64,000 nucleotides of DNA from Eledone cirrhosa (GCA_964016885.1 OZ024747.1:57536001-57600000); one strand, 5' to 3'. Positions 27,773 through 41,024 are shown, numbered from the stretch's first letter. The notes: generated by a model not told the origin, from the sequence alone. Program-made: numbers and translations.

Positions 27773-28110
27773 AGGTTTTTTTTATTTTATGTCTCTCCTT
27801 TGTTCTGTCCTACACCAACAAATATGAAGACACAAAGTATGACAATATATATATATATATAAATATATATATATAAATACAATATATAGACAGTTTTATA
27901 AATAAATTTGACATACCTTAGAGTTTACATAAGTTTATATATATAAGAATTCCATTTTTTCAGTTATAATATAAAGCGCTCAACAGTATTGGAGCAATAC
28001 TGTTGAGCGCTTTATATTATAACTGAAAAAATGGAATTCTTATATATATAAACTTATGTAAACTCTAAGGTATGTCAAATTTATTTATAAAACTGTCTAT
28101 ATATTGTATT

Positions 28111-28165
28111 TTGTCTGAAGAGGGCATACCATATTTTTAATATGATATCCCTGAAATATATATAA
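28111..28165 (+). ncRNA. Hammerhead motif, family F (unit 1)
   Basis: TTG-T-CTGAAGA-[gggcataccatatt ttt aatatgatatccct]-GAAATATATA-TAA; palindromic AUAUAU stem III. Confidence 0.65.
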
Positions 28166-28430
28166 TGAAATAAATATGGTTTTATAAATATAATCTCCAT
28201 TTGTTTAATATCGTAAAATACTTCAAAACTTGTTGAGTGCTTTTATATCAGTTATAAAATATTTACTCGTTGTAACCCAACATTTTAAATAAAACTTTTG
28301 CATATTTTTTGCTCCAATACTGTTGAGCGCTTTATATTATAACTGAAAAAATGGAATTCTTATATATATAAACTTATGTAAACTCTAAGGTATGTCAAAT
28401 TTATTTATAAAACTGTCTATATATTGTATT

Positions 28431-28485
28431 TTGTCTGAAGAGGGCATACCATATTTTTAATATGATATTCCTGAAATATATATAA
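28431..28485 (+). ncRNA. Hammerhead motif, family F (unit 2)
   Basis: As 28111-28165 with one substitution in stem II. Confidence 0.65.
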
Positions 28486-28621
28486 TGAAATAAATATGGT
28501 TTTATAAATATAATCTCCATTTGTTTAATATCGTAAAATACTCCAAAACTTGTTGAGTGCTTTTATATCAGTTATAAAATATTTACTCGTTGTAACCCAA
28601 CATTTTAAATAAAACTTTTGC

Positions 28622-28651
<30 letters not shown>

Positions 28652-28653
<2 letters not shown>

Positions 28654-28961
28654 CACAAAAAAAGAGAATCAGTGTTGCGACGAATGGAATTTATTGGACA
28701 TATTACAACCGTTTCTCTGGCGACCAGCTCGAGGCACAATCGATGTGATGATCGAACCTGACTCTGAAATCGCAATGTTCGATCATCACATCGATCGTGC
28801 CTCGAGCTGGTCGCCAGACAAACGATTGTAATATGTCCAATAAATTACATTCGTCGCAACACTGATTCTCTTTTTTTGTGATATCATACTCTGCTCTGTG
28901 AGAGCATCGAGTGCTCAAACGGCCTACAGCATACGGACGATTTAAGGATCCAACCCCAATT
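28652..28961. repeat. Head-to-head inverted insertion in (AT)n (arms 28652-28757 and 28777-28884, right arm extended)
   Basis: About 105-bp near-perfect inverted repeat with a 19-nt spacer. Confidence 0.85.
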
Positions 28962-29152
28962 ATATGTATATATATATATATATATGAAGATTGAAGGCCA
29001 CGACAATGCAAAATGGACGAACAAGAAAATAACAAATAACATCTTGTTTCGTCTTATTTCTTGGACAACCATATCGCATTGTTTTGGCCTTCAAACATCA
29101 TAGCATTTTCTATACTAGACACATACACAATGCTTCAAGGAAACCTGAACTT

Positions 29153-29189
<37 letters not shown>

Positions 29190-29616
29190 TATAACTGATC
29201 GAAACCATACCTTTGCGTAAATTATAAAGCTTTACTATTTCTCTTTCAGAAACTAAGTATTATTTTTTCTTCCAATGAACAACCTCATCATAAACCATAA
29301 TGAAAACATCATACGAAATTCTGATCGATTTAATCGTAGTAACCTACCAGATAAAAATATATATCGGTTTTGTCTTGTGTAAACAGTCACTGAAAAGGGT
29401 TTTATTTTCAATCTATTACTTTTATTTCTTCCTCATTATATTTGCTTCACCCACTCAACCCACAACAACAACAAGAAAAATCTTAAGTATTGTAGTTTTT
29501 CAGCCCTCACATCTATCATAAGACAGAATCACCTCAAAGGTAAAGATTTCTTTTATGTTATTTACCTCTGAAATAGTTATTGATGAAACTACAACATAGA
29601 AATAATACTAATCTCA

Positions 29617-29791
29617 ATAGTACTTGATTCTATTCAATGAGGATATATACATATATACACATAAATTCATATATACACACATAAATATATATATTGTATA
29701 TATATATATATATATATATACAATATATATATTTATGTGTGTATATATGAATTTATGTGTATATATGTATATATCCTCATTGAATAGAATC

Positions 29792-29800
<9 letters not shown>
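29617..29800. repeat. Perfect palindrome centred on (AT)n
   Basis: ATAGTACTTGATTCTATTCAATGAGG...CCTCATTGAATAGAATCAAGTACTAT. Confidence 0.9.
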
Positions 29801-29848
<48 letters not shown>

Positions 29849-29987
29849 GTTTGTGGGTGTGTGTATATATATATATGTTTGTGTGTGTGTATATATATAT
29901 TTGTGTGTGTGTGTGTGAGTGTATATATATATATTTGTGTGTGTATATATATATATATGTGTGTGTATATATTTATATATATGTGTT

Positions 29988-30035
<48 letters not shown>

Positions 30036-30494
30036 TGTGTATATATAAGTGTGTGTTTATATATATATTTGTGTGTGTGGATATATATATATATATGTGT
30101 GTGTGTATATATATATATACGTATATATATATATATATACGTATAAGAGGGCTGTGTGTTTATGTTTACGTGTGTATGAATTTGTGGAGTTTTCTTTTGT
30201 GTGTGTGTGTATTTACGTGTAGATGTGTATGTATGTATTTCTGTATGAGTATTAAGAACAAAAGTTATAAAGTTTTATGTGAAAAAGACCGTAAAATAGT
30301 TGGATGTGTTGTATAGAAAGAAGGTAATATCTAGTAATCATCGTGATTATAATGGCTACGTTAGTGTTGTTGATAACTAACTAAGCCTGTACTTAAGAGA
30401 GATTTTCAACCCGTCAGACTTTTGAAGTATGAAGATATATTGAGCAGCAAATAATACAAAAGAACATTACCCAAACCACGCCGTGAAATATGCC

Positions 30495-31368
<874 letters not shown>

Positions 31369-31599
31369 GAAACACACAGATACACGCGGACACACACATA
31401 TATACATGAATGCATCCGCACCCAACTGTGAGTTAAGGGTGCCAACTTCACCGATGTTGCTCAATGAATGACTGGGACAGACCAATTCAATTTGAACTAG
31501 ACTGAACCAGTATCAGAGTTAAAAATACATTATGAAGAGAGAAGAAACATTTAGATATAATAAGTAATAAAATGTATCATACCTAAACTGTTCCTAAAT

Positions 31600-31687
31600 T
31601 CCTCGACTACGTAGTTTCGTGGCATAAACAAAAACAATATATCAAAGATATAGAGTCCCTGCGAGGTCTGCCGACTTATCAAGAGGA
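31600..31687 (-). ncRNA. Type I hammerhead, family D (U3-A8 core)
   Basis: Reverse complement of 32481-32568. Confidence 0.8.
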
Positions 31688-32480
31688 TACCTCATTTTAC
31701 TAGTCTCAAGAACGCGTCTACACGACGTGAGAAAGAATCCCAAAAGGCGGAGGGGGAGATAGTCACGCGATATAACGGTCGAGAAACAGAGCTAAGCCTC
31801 TTATAACCACGAAGAAAATACCACGGAGGCGGAGGGGGTATTCATATCGAGGCCGTAGAAGAGGTAGTGAAGAAGGCGAGAAGTATGAGTAATGGAAGCT
31901 TTCCAGTTGTCCCCACACTTCAAATATCGCACGACCAGAGGGAGTTATTAATATATTTAGAAACACACAGATACACGCGGACACACACATATATACATAG
32001 ATACATTTTATTACTTATTATATCTAAATGTTTCTTCTCTCTTCATAATGTATTTTTAACTCTGATACTGGTTCAGTCTAGTTCAAATTGAATTGGTCTG
32101 TCCCAGTCATTCATTGAGCAACATCGGTGAAGTTGGCACCCTTAACTCACAGTTGGGTGCGGATGCATTCATGTATATATGTGTGTGTCCGCGTGTATCT
32201 GTGTGTTTCTAAATATATTAATAACTCCCTCTGGTCGAGCAATCTTTGAAGTGTGGGGACAACTGGAAAGCTTCCATTACTCATACTTCTCGCCTTCTTC
32301 ACTACCTCTTCTACGGCCTCGATATGAATACCCCTCCGCCTCCGTGGTATTTTCTTCGTGGTTATAAGAGGCTTAGCTCTGTTTCTCGACCGTTATATCG
32401 CGTGACGATCTCCCCCTCCGCCTTTTGGGATTCTTTCTCACGTCGTGTAGACGCGTTCTTGAGACTAGTAAAATGAGGTA

Positions 32481-32568
32481 TCCTCTTGATAAGTCGGCAG
32501 ACCTCGCAGGGACTCTATATCTTTGATATATTGTTTTTGTTTATGCCACGAAACTACGTAGTCGAGGA
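32481..32568 (+). ncRNA. Type I hammerhead, family D (U3-A8 core)
   Basis: Stem I TCCTC/GAGGA; core TTGATAA; stem II base GT-c-GGCA/TGCC-AC; GAAA; palindromic stem III ACTACGTAGT; GUC site at 32561-32563. Confidence 0.82.
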
Positions 32569-32634
32569 ATTTAGGAACAGTTTAGGTATGATACATTTTA
32601 TTACTTATTATATCTAAATGTTTCTTCTCTCTTC

Positions 32635-32703
<69 letters not shown>

Positions 32704-32776
32704 TTATATATGTATATTATATATGTATATGTATATGTATATATGTAAATTTTATATGTATATATACCTGAAAATA

Positions 32777-32825
<49 letters not shown>

Positions 32826-33147
32826 TGTATAGTATCACTTCACTTTCAATAGTGGACCGATGCTTCGCTGTATTTCATTTTTATCTTCTAATAATTTTTT
32901 CTTTGAAAAAAAAAAAATCTTTAATATATATAACTGGAAATGAAATTCCGAATGTGTCGTACCATAGAAACAAACAGTATACATACAGTAATAGTATTAT
33001 GTTTTCTTTACTTACATGTTGATTACATGTTTTGTCGTCTGTGATACTGGATAAACTGAATCGTCTGCTCATTGTAAGATCTGGTAATTTCATCTGTCCG
33101 TCTTGTGTAGTGGTGCATATATATATATATATAAAAATATATATATA

Positions 33148-33181
<34 letters not shown>

Positions 33182-33269
33182 GCAAAAGTTCAAATCAACT
33201 TTTTAAATGGAAGTTGCATTACTCTAAGGTATGTCAAAATTATTTATAAAACAGCTTATATATTGTATT

Positions 33270-33324
33270 TTGTCTGAGGAAGGCATACCATATTTTTAAT
33301 ATGATATCCCAGAAATATATATAA
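33270..33324 (+). ncRNA. Hammerhead motif, family F (diverged copy in fragment 33180-33375)
   Basis: TTGT-CTGAGGA-aggcataccatatt...aatatgatatccca-GAAATATATATAA. Confidence 0.55.
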
Positions 33325-33371
33325 CGAAATAAATATGGTTTTATAAATATAGTTTCCATTTATTTAATATC

Positions 33372-33405
<34 letters not shown>

Positions 33406-33406
33406 G

Positions 33407-33606
33407 TAATAATACATTTGAAGACTAAAATCCAAAGAGGGCTCGATAAGGATAAATATATATCAAATATATAAGAACCGTAGAGCAAATATTTATTAAA
33501 ATAACAGATTAAGGTTTAAGCAAAGAATCGCTGCTTTCAACCTTAAGAAGATCCCTGAAAGCAGCGATTCTTTGCTTAAACTTTAATCTGTTATTTTAAT
33601 AAATAT
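33407..33606. repeat. Inverted-pair insertion in (AT)n; related pieces at 36253-36305 and 47665-47810
   Basis: Arms about 33490-33539 and 33556-33606 (TGAAAGCAGCGATTCTTTGCTTAAA). Confidence 0.75.
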
Positions 33607-33628
33607 ATATATATATAAATATATATAA

Positions 33629-33696
<68 letters not shown>

Positions 33697-33729
33697 TAAT
33701 ATTATACACCCCTGATCCTCTCCCTAGTA

Positions 33730-33771
<42 letters not shown>

Positions 33772-33816
33772 TGACGAAACATAAGTCAATTGCATGAACT
33801 CATAATCCTTTATTTA

Positions 33817-33870
33817 CTGCTATATATATTTCGATGATAGCCATTGAATGGCTATGACCTCATCAGGCAG
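33817..33870 (-). ncRNA. Canonical minimal type I hammerhead, family G
   Basis: Minus strand: CTGC-CTGATGA-GGTCATAGCCAT tca ATGGCTATCATC-GAAATATATA-TA-GCAG, then AATAAA and (AT)n. Confidence 0.85.
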
Positions 33871-34241
33871 TTAGTCAGTTCTTAGATATGCCAGCTCTGT
33901 GTTTATAGTGTTGATGGTATCAGAGCCTTAGGGCATATGAGCTTGTTAGGAATAGTTTAATGTTGTCAGCAGGAATAGTCTTGATTCTCATTTGTCAGTT
34001 TGTAGATGGTAGTAGGGTTGGTATTTGACCTCAAAGAGGCAGGTGGTGTTGTAAAGTTCAAACCGTCAGCTGTTGTAAAGTACAAACCATCAGCTGATCA
34101 ATCGCGAAATGAGATTAATCAACTGAATCTTCGATCTGTATCGATCGGGTCCGAATCTGGAATCAAAATCTCATCAGATATGTTAGCGCAATATCCATAT
34201 ACGTACACACACAGACACACATATATATACATATATATATA

Positions 34242-34562
34242 TGAATATATAGTGTATTTTGCAATACACTGTATGCTTAATTAAAAGCATTTCGAAGACC
34301 TTACGCTATTGTTTTAGAGTAGTGACAGACTCACTTACTTTAATTTTCAGCAAACAGGGGGAGATAAAGATGAGAAGGCCTTGTTTCGCATTGATAAGCA
34401 TCAATAAATGAGAAACAAGGCCTTGTCAGCTTTATCTCCCCCTGTTTGCTGAAAATTAAAGTAAGTGAGTCTGTCACTACTCTAAAACAATAGCATATGG
34501 TCTTCGAAATGCTTTTAATTAAGCATACAGTGTATTGCAAAATACACTATATATACATTCAT
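34242..34562. repeat. Head-to-head inverted insertion in (AT)n, about 145-bp arms
   Basis: Arms about 34245-34392 and 34406-34550; each contains GAAATGCTT..AAGCATA. Confidence 0.85.
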
Positions 34563-34644
34563 ATATATATAGCTATTTCAGAGCACCAATTCTAATTTTA
34601 TATATATATATATATTAATGATTAGCATAAATAGGAACAGGTGT

Positions 34645-34730
34645 GTAGCGCGTTTCGGTATTGATCAGCTAAAGGTTCGATCTGTAACAATCCGGTTCGA
34701 TTCTGTAACCAAAACCTCTTCAGACTCTTG
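34645..34730 (-). ncRNA. Hammerhead motif, family E
   Basis: Minus strand: CTGAAGA-GGTTTTGGTT...GATCAATACC-GAAACGCG; cleavage triplet and stem I degenerate. Confidence 0.5.
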
Positions 34731-34831
34731 GTTCGTTAATGATGGGAGATATCCGCGTACACATTGAAAATCATTCCGCTTCTAGTTAGTATTTTCTGCC
34801 TTTCTACATCGGGTGCTCAAGTTTGGTGATC

Positions 34832-34906
<75 letters not shown>

Positions 34907-35175
34907 ATATTAACAAATGGAAACTATATTTATAAAACCATATTTATTTCATTATACATAGCCACCAGAGAAAACTATGGTGCGCTTTCATCAGATAAAA
35001 TATATATATATATGGTGGCCCTTGAAATATGTATAATGAAATAAATATGCTTTTATAAATATAGTTTCCATTTGTTAATATATTGTATATTTACTCCAAT
35101 AATTTGTTGAGTGCTTATATCAGTTATAAAAATATTTTGCTTGTTGTATCCCAACAAATTAAATATAATCTCTCT

Positions 35176-35208
<33 letters not shown>

Positions 35209-35422
35209 ATTGGAAATCCGTAAAATCGAATCTCTCGCGGTTTGCAAGTAAATTCGGCCTACTTATATGAAATGATGAGTTAACAAAGCACTCCATAAGA
35301 TAGGACCTTAGAGTAATAGCAAACGTTTAAATAGCTTGACAAATCGAACATTGTGGTAGGCGAAACTAACACACAATATATACCAAAGTAACGATAGAAC
35401 TAATCAGGTTGAGAAAAGTACA

Positions 35423-35547
35423 CCTGGACAAATCAAACGATCAATCGTTTAAAGTGTCTCTTTGAATCCGAAATCAAATATCCGACTTACGTGAATGGCA
35501 AGCTCATGGTATTGGTGATCGAACGGAGGATTCAGTTTATCAACAGG
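35423..35547 (-). ncRNA. Hammerhead, family H (U3-A8 core; GAAA changed to GAGA in this copy)
   Basis: Minus strand: CCTG-TTGATAA-ac-TGAATCC...GGATTCA-aa-GAGAC-ACTTTAAACGAT tg ATCGTTTGATTT-GTC-CAGG. Confidence 0.55.
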
Positions 35548-36041
35548 GTTTTCGTTCTGCCTAGGACCAGAGTGATACATTATATGTTGCTGCTACATGC
35601 GGCTTATCGTATCTATAGCTATCACGTGTTAGTTCCGGCAAGGGAAATAACCCCCGGTTTTAGGCGGGTCATTCAAAATGTTAGCGAAAGGAAATATTTT
35701 AATTTCCGCTAATCATCATGATAAGCTCTCAACTAGATGTTATAAAACAAACACAAATAATTAACCAATCAACAGAATTGTCTAATTAAATTAATTAGTT
35801 AATTATTAAATCTAGGAGAATAATATAATTGGAAATCAGTAAAATCGAATCTCTCGCGGTTTGCAAGTAAATTCGGCCTACTTATATGAAATGATGAGTT
35901 AGCAAAGCACTCGATAAGATAGTACCTTAGAGTAATAGCATACGTTTAAATAGCTTGACAAATCGAACATTGTGGTAGGCGAAACTAACACACAATATAT
36001 ACCAAAGTAACGATAGAACTAATCAGGTTGAGAAAAGTACA

Positions 36042-36166
36042 CCTGGACAAATCAAACAATCAATCGTTTAAAGTGTTTCTTTGAATCCGAAATCAAATAT
36101 CACACTTACGTGAATGGCAAGCTCATGGTATTAGTGATCGAACGGAGGATTCAGTTTATCAACAGG
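36042..36166 (-). ncRNA. Hammerhead, family H (U3-A8 core, GAAAC intact)
   Basis: As 35423-35547 but with GAAAC; stem I CCTG/CAGG, long stems II and III, GUC site; base of stem II is non-canonical. Confidence 0.65.
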
Positions 36167-36190
36167 ATTTTCGTTCTGCCTAGGACCAGA

Positions 36191-36256
<66 letters not shown>

Positions 36257-36552
36257 CAAGAACAGATTGACGTTTAAGCACAAAATCGCTGCTTTCACCC
36301 TTAGTACGTGTGTATGTATAGATGTATATTCCTGAGTTGTGTCGGGGGTAACCACAGCTGATAATTTCATACGGATGAAACACTTTAATTATGTAGAAAT
36401 CATGTCTCTCTCTCTCTCTCTCTCTCTCTGTATATATATATGTGTGTGTGTATATATCTGTGTGTGTGTGTGTGTGTGTATATTTATATGTGTGTGTATA
36501 TATACATATAAGTGTGTGTCTGTATATATATATGTGTCTGTGTGTGTGTATA

Positions 36553-36660
<108 letters not shown>

Positions 36661-36781
36661 CATATATGTGTGTGTGTGTCTCAAGAGATGTCAACACGAA
36701 TGGACCTGTTATTTTTATCTAAAGACATTTTTTCCAATTCCATCCCGCCCGTCTCCTCAATCTATTTTATTTCTCATTCTT

Positions 36782-36817
36782 TCTTCTGATGAAGGACTAG
36801 CGTCCGAAACATTAAGA
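36782..36817 (+). ncRNA. Minimal hammerhead motif, family A
   Basis: TCTT-CTGATGA-A-GGACtagcGTCC-GAAAC-ATT-AAGA; consensus with the 6236 copy is GAAACGTTAAGA. Confidence 0.65.
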
Positions 36818-36898
36818 CCCTCTTCCTGCTATATCAAGCGTTAGCCTAATATGTCCCTACCATATACTATACCGATTGTATTGTTATTTCTGTTTACC

Positions 36899-37043
<145 letters not shown>

Positions 37044-37075
37044 GTTATGTAATAAACAACGTAAGTCAATTATTC

Positions 37076-37129
37076 CATTTACTAGTGGTTTCTTAAAAGC
37101 AAAAAAATTTGCTTTCAATCATCAGAATG
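37076..37129 (-). ncRNA. Type I hammerhead, family I (left arm of inverted pair 37043-37321)
   Basis: Minus strand: CATT-CTGATGA-TTGAAAGCAA...TTGCTTTTAA-GAAAC-cacta-GTA-AATG. Confidence 0.78.
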
Positions 37130-37167
37130 AAAAAATCCTGGATTTTTTCATTCTGATGATTTTTTTT

Positions 37168-37221
37168 CATTCGGATGATTGAAAGCAACATTTTTTGCTT
37201 TTAAGAAACCACTGGTAAATG
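37168..37221 (+). ncRNA. Type I hammerhead, family I (right arm; core changed to CGGATGA)
   Basis: CATT-CGGATGA-TTGAAAGCAA...TTGCTTTTAA-GAAACCACTGGTA-AATG. Confidence 0.6.
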
Positions 37222-37317
37222 GAATAATTGCCTTATGTTGTTTATTACATAACTATTAAGCTCTGTTACCTACATAGAGCACTCTTTTTTCCTGGACTTT
37301 TCCGACGGAATTACTTC

Positions 37318-37357
<40 letters not shown>

Positions 37358-37480
37358 CGTCTTTTATATTATTGTTCTGCATCCTCCTGCATTGAACCAC
37401 CTAGGTACTATGACATAACCTGTGTATTTGCTGGCATTAGCGTACATCTGTACGCATATGTTAGTAGATATATTAAATTA

Positions 37481-37527
<47 letters not shown>

Positions 37528-38017
37528 ACAGCCAGTAAATACTTTTCTCGTGCAGGGTTCTGTAATTCTCGGCTACAGATAATCTTATAAGAGTAAAACA
37601 TAATGTTCACGCAGCAAATGAGAAAGAGAGAGAGAGAGGGAGAGGGAACGAAAGGGAGAGAGAGAGATGTGTCAATAGTCATATAGTCATATAATACCCA
37701 TATATTTAAATATAATTATTCGTTTCATTGCTAGATAGTAGAATCATTTTATTTTTCATCTTGCATAGATATCATCATTGGTGCTGACAACTCAGATTTC
37801 TTTGATCATGGTTTATATCTCTCATCTTGTAATTTAAAACTTAGAAGCCGAAATAACATAGTGGTTATTATGTCGAATAGAATGTTTGCGTTATTTGTTC
37901 CGATTTTCTGCGGTTCGTCAACTTTGCCTTTCATCCTTTTGATGTCGATAAATAAATTCTAATACTGGGGTCGATTCTACTTCTGTATCTATATCTTACT
38001 GCACCCTCTCTCTCCCT

Positions 38018-38153
<136 letters not shown>

Positions 38154-38157
38154 TGTA

Positions 38158-38235
38158 CAGTGTGGCTTAAATTCACCAGACCATTTTAAATTATAATATA
38201 TATAAAATGGTCTAATGATTTTAGCCGCTACCCTG
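38158..38235. mobile_element. Tiny Tc1/mariner-type MITE
   Basis: TA-CAGTGTGGCTTAAA...TTTAGCCGCTACCCTG-TA with internal inverted AGACCATTTTA/TAAAATGGTCT. Confidence 0.6.
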
Positions 38236-39404
38236 TATATATATTTATTTATTTCATATAGAAATGACTTTTAGAGGAGTAGAACTTTGTCATTCGTTGA
38301 TAATTTCAAACGAATTAAGCCGTTTTAATACAGCAAAATTCATTTCTATATAAAATAAATATGTACCTTTTCTGTTAATACATGGAGTGTCTTATTTAAA
38401 AGTGGTTCCCTTCCTTTCATCTTGGGAAAATCTTTCTGTATTATATGTATGATAATAATAAATCACTTCTACTCCAGCCTGGAGTGACATGGAGACTACT
38501 AGATTTAAAGGTCATACTGTATGTTACTCTGTTAAATGTTAAGGACCAATGTATGCATACTAGAGTTAAAATGTGATCATGTTGATCCATATTTGCACGG
38601 TTTTAACGAAGACGGGAAGATGTCTCCGATTTCATAGGTGTTAAACGACTACGTCGCATGGCTAACACACAGTTAGCACAGGTATTCGTCTTCAGCTGTG
38701 TGAACTGGATCTAAGTTGAATTAAATGCCATGCTTACGGACACAACGCGGATCGAGCCTGCATCCACAACACTAAACATAAGGCTACGTAACTTCACAAA
38801 AGCTTGAACGTGAAAGCTGTTAAACTGGTTGTTGAAACGAGTCTGTGGGTTTCGTTTCTGTTCTAACTAGTGACAAAAAAAAGGGAGAAAAACAAAACAA
38901 AAAACAAAACAAAACAAAAAAGCCAACAAAAATAAACAAAACAATAACGTCTTCGATGTTCTGCTTTATTTAAAAAAATTGTTTTATTTTCATTTATTTA
39001 TGTTTTATTGTTTCCAACATCCAATAAAAATCAGTTTGCTCGTATTTTTTTTCCTCAAACAACTTTGGCAGCGTACCAGTGTTTGATTGCCGTAGACAAA
39101 TACAGGAACAGTGTGGGAAGTTAGCGAATTAGCAGAGATTGAACAGAGAAAGAGAGAGAATGAAATTAACAATAATGAAGTAAAAAAAAAAAAAAAAAAT
39201 TAAACAACACAACGAGAGCAACAAAAGAAATACGAAATAAGCAGTGTTAGTGGTAGGTAGGATGAATAAACAAGACTGAAAAATAGGCTGCAATACACTG
39301 ATACAAATTTGCAATAACAATTCTTGACGTAAATCTGAAGGAAAATTCTTAAACGAGCAAAAAATAAAATTTGAAGTTACGCAAGAATAGAAATTAGTAA
39401 TACG

Positions 39405-39459
<55 letters not shown>

Positions 39460-39489
39460 TGGAGTTTCTTTTTGTTAAATAATAATAAT

Positions 39490-39905
39490 AATGGTTTTTG
39501 TTTTAGGCACAAGGCCAGCAATTTGAAAGGATTGGGAAAAGTCGATTAAATTGACCGCAGTGCATTACTGGTGCTTTATTTTATCGACCCCGTAAGGATG
39601 AAAGGCAAAGCTAACCTTGGCGGGATTTTAACTCAGATCGCAAAGCATGGTGTCTGACGCTCTACCGGTACTACCAATAATACTAATAATAATGATTTCT
39701 AGTATAGGCACAAGGCCAGTAATTTGGGGGAAGCGGAAAGTCGATTAAATCGATCCCAGTACGTTACTGGTGCTTTATTTTATTGACCCAGTAAGGATGA
39801 AAGGCAAAGTTAACCTCGGTGGGATTAGATCTTACACCGTAAAGGGACGTAACTCTATGCTGCAAAACTTGATGTCCGATTCTCTACCGATACTGCTAAT
39901 CCACC
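39490..39905 (-). mobile_element. Two tandem Nin/Deu-like SINE copies
   Basis: Reverse complement of the 8335 core. Confidence 0.8.
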
Positions 39906-41024
39906 AAATAATAATAGTATACCCATATTTATTTGCCCACCGAGGATAATTATCTCCCATTCCCTTCAGACGCACAAAAATACGGAACGTTAAAAAGGGG
40001 TTACCTCCTGTGGGTCACTCTCTTTTGACTATATCAACCACATTGTCACTGTCAAGGCAAGGAATTATAGGATAAGAAGTTTTACAAATTGAACTGTTCC
40101 CCAACACAGCGGTGCGTGGTCTGAGACATATAGCGGTATGGGGAGAAAAGGGAAACTAATTTATATTGACTACTTTGAAGCCAAGTAAAATCTATGCTTG
40201 GTAATGCTATTGCAAAATTTATTGTCACGTCTCTATTTGTAACATAATGTGAAAAAGTGTGACGAATTATTAGGTATAATAGAAATGTGCATATCTAAAA
40301 AATGAAGAGGTAGACTCATTAAAAAGGTTTGTGTTATGTATTCCCACTATTCACGTTCTGATTTCATATACCACCTCTTGTCAGCGAAAAAAGTGGAGAG
40401 GTCACCTTTTTCTCTAACAGTCTGATCTCTCGTTGGAAGTAATTGGCTTTAAAAAACGCTATCATGAATGTTTTCAAATATCAATTGAAATATGTCCATG
40501 ACGTTGTGAAAAGACTATTCTAACAATTAGAAATGTGTAGGTGCAACTACCTGAAATTGAAGTGTGATACCTTATTTCTCAATAAATGTATATTGTGCCA
40601 CCATTTTTATCTTATAGTATGTATTGGGATGTTAACTATTGTATTATATACCATAGATTCTGTCTGCCCGTGTAATATACAGCTGTGTGTAGTAGAATAG
40701 TTATTGCAAGGTGGATATATAGAAATAAAAGATCTGCTGCAGCAATAAAGATGTTTCTCCTGTGGTTGGTGACGTATGATTATATGCTACTTCGATAATA
40801 TATCTAATAATGACTGGGAATCGACTGAAATATCGGTAATAAATTGCTAAAAAGACACCCGTATAAAGATGGCGAACAGTGCCAAAATCAAATTGAACAC
40901 AGCACATGACAAATATAATTCCAAGACAAAAGTTACGCATGATTCAGATAAAGATTCGTTCCTTTTATCATCCTGAAAGAAGTGCAGCAAAATGGCGTTT
41001 CAATGTGAGTAGTAGTAGTAGTAA

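Larger units (their letters stand above)
27875..28625 (+). mobile_element. 320-nt retrozyme-like element: tandem dimer (27995-28625) preceded by an inverted partial copy (27875-27996), in (AT)n
   Basis: CAATACTGTTGAGCGC at 27995 and 28315; one HHR motif per unit; no ORF. Confidence 0.8.
35204..36192 (-). mobile_element. 619-nt retrozyme-like element, 1.6 tandem units, (AT)n on both sides
   Basis: TGGAAATC at 35211 and 35830; two HHR motifs one unit apart; no credible ORF. Confidence 0.8.
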
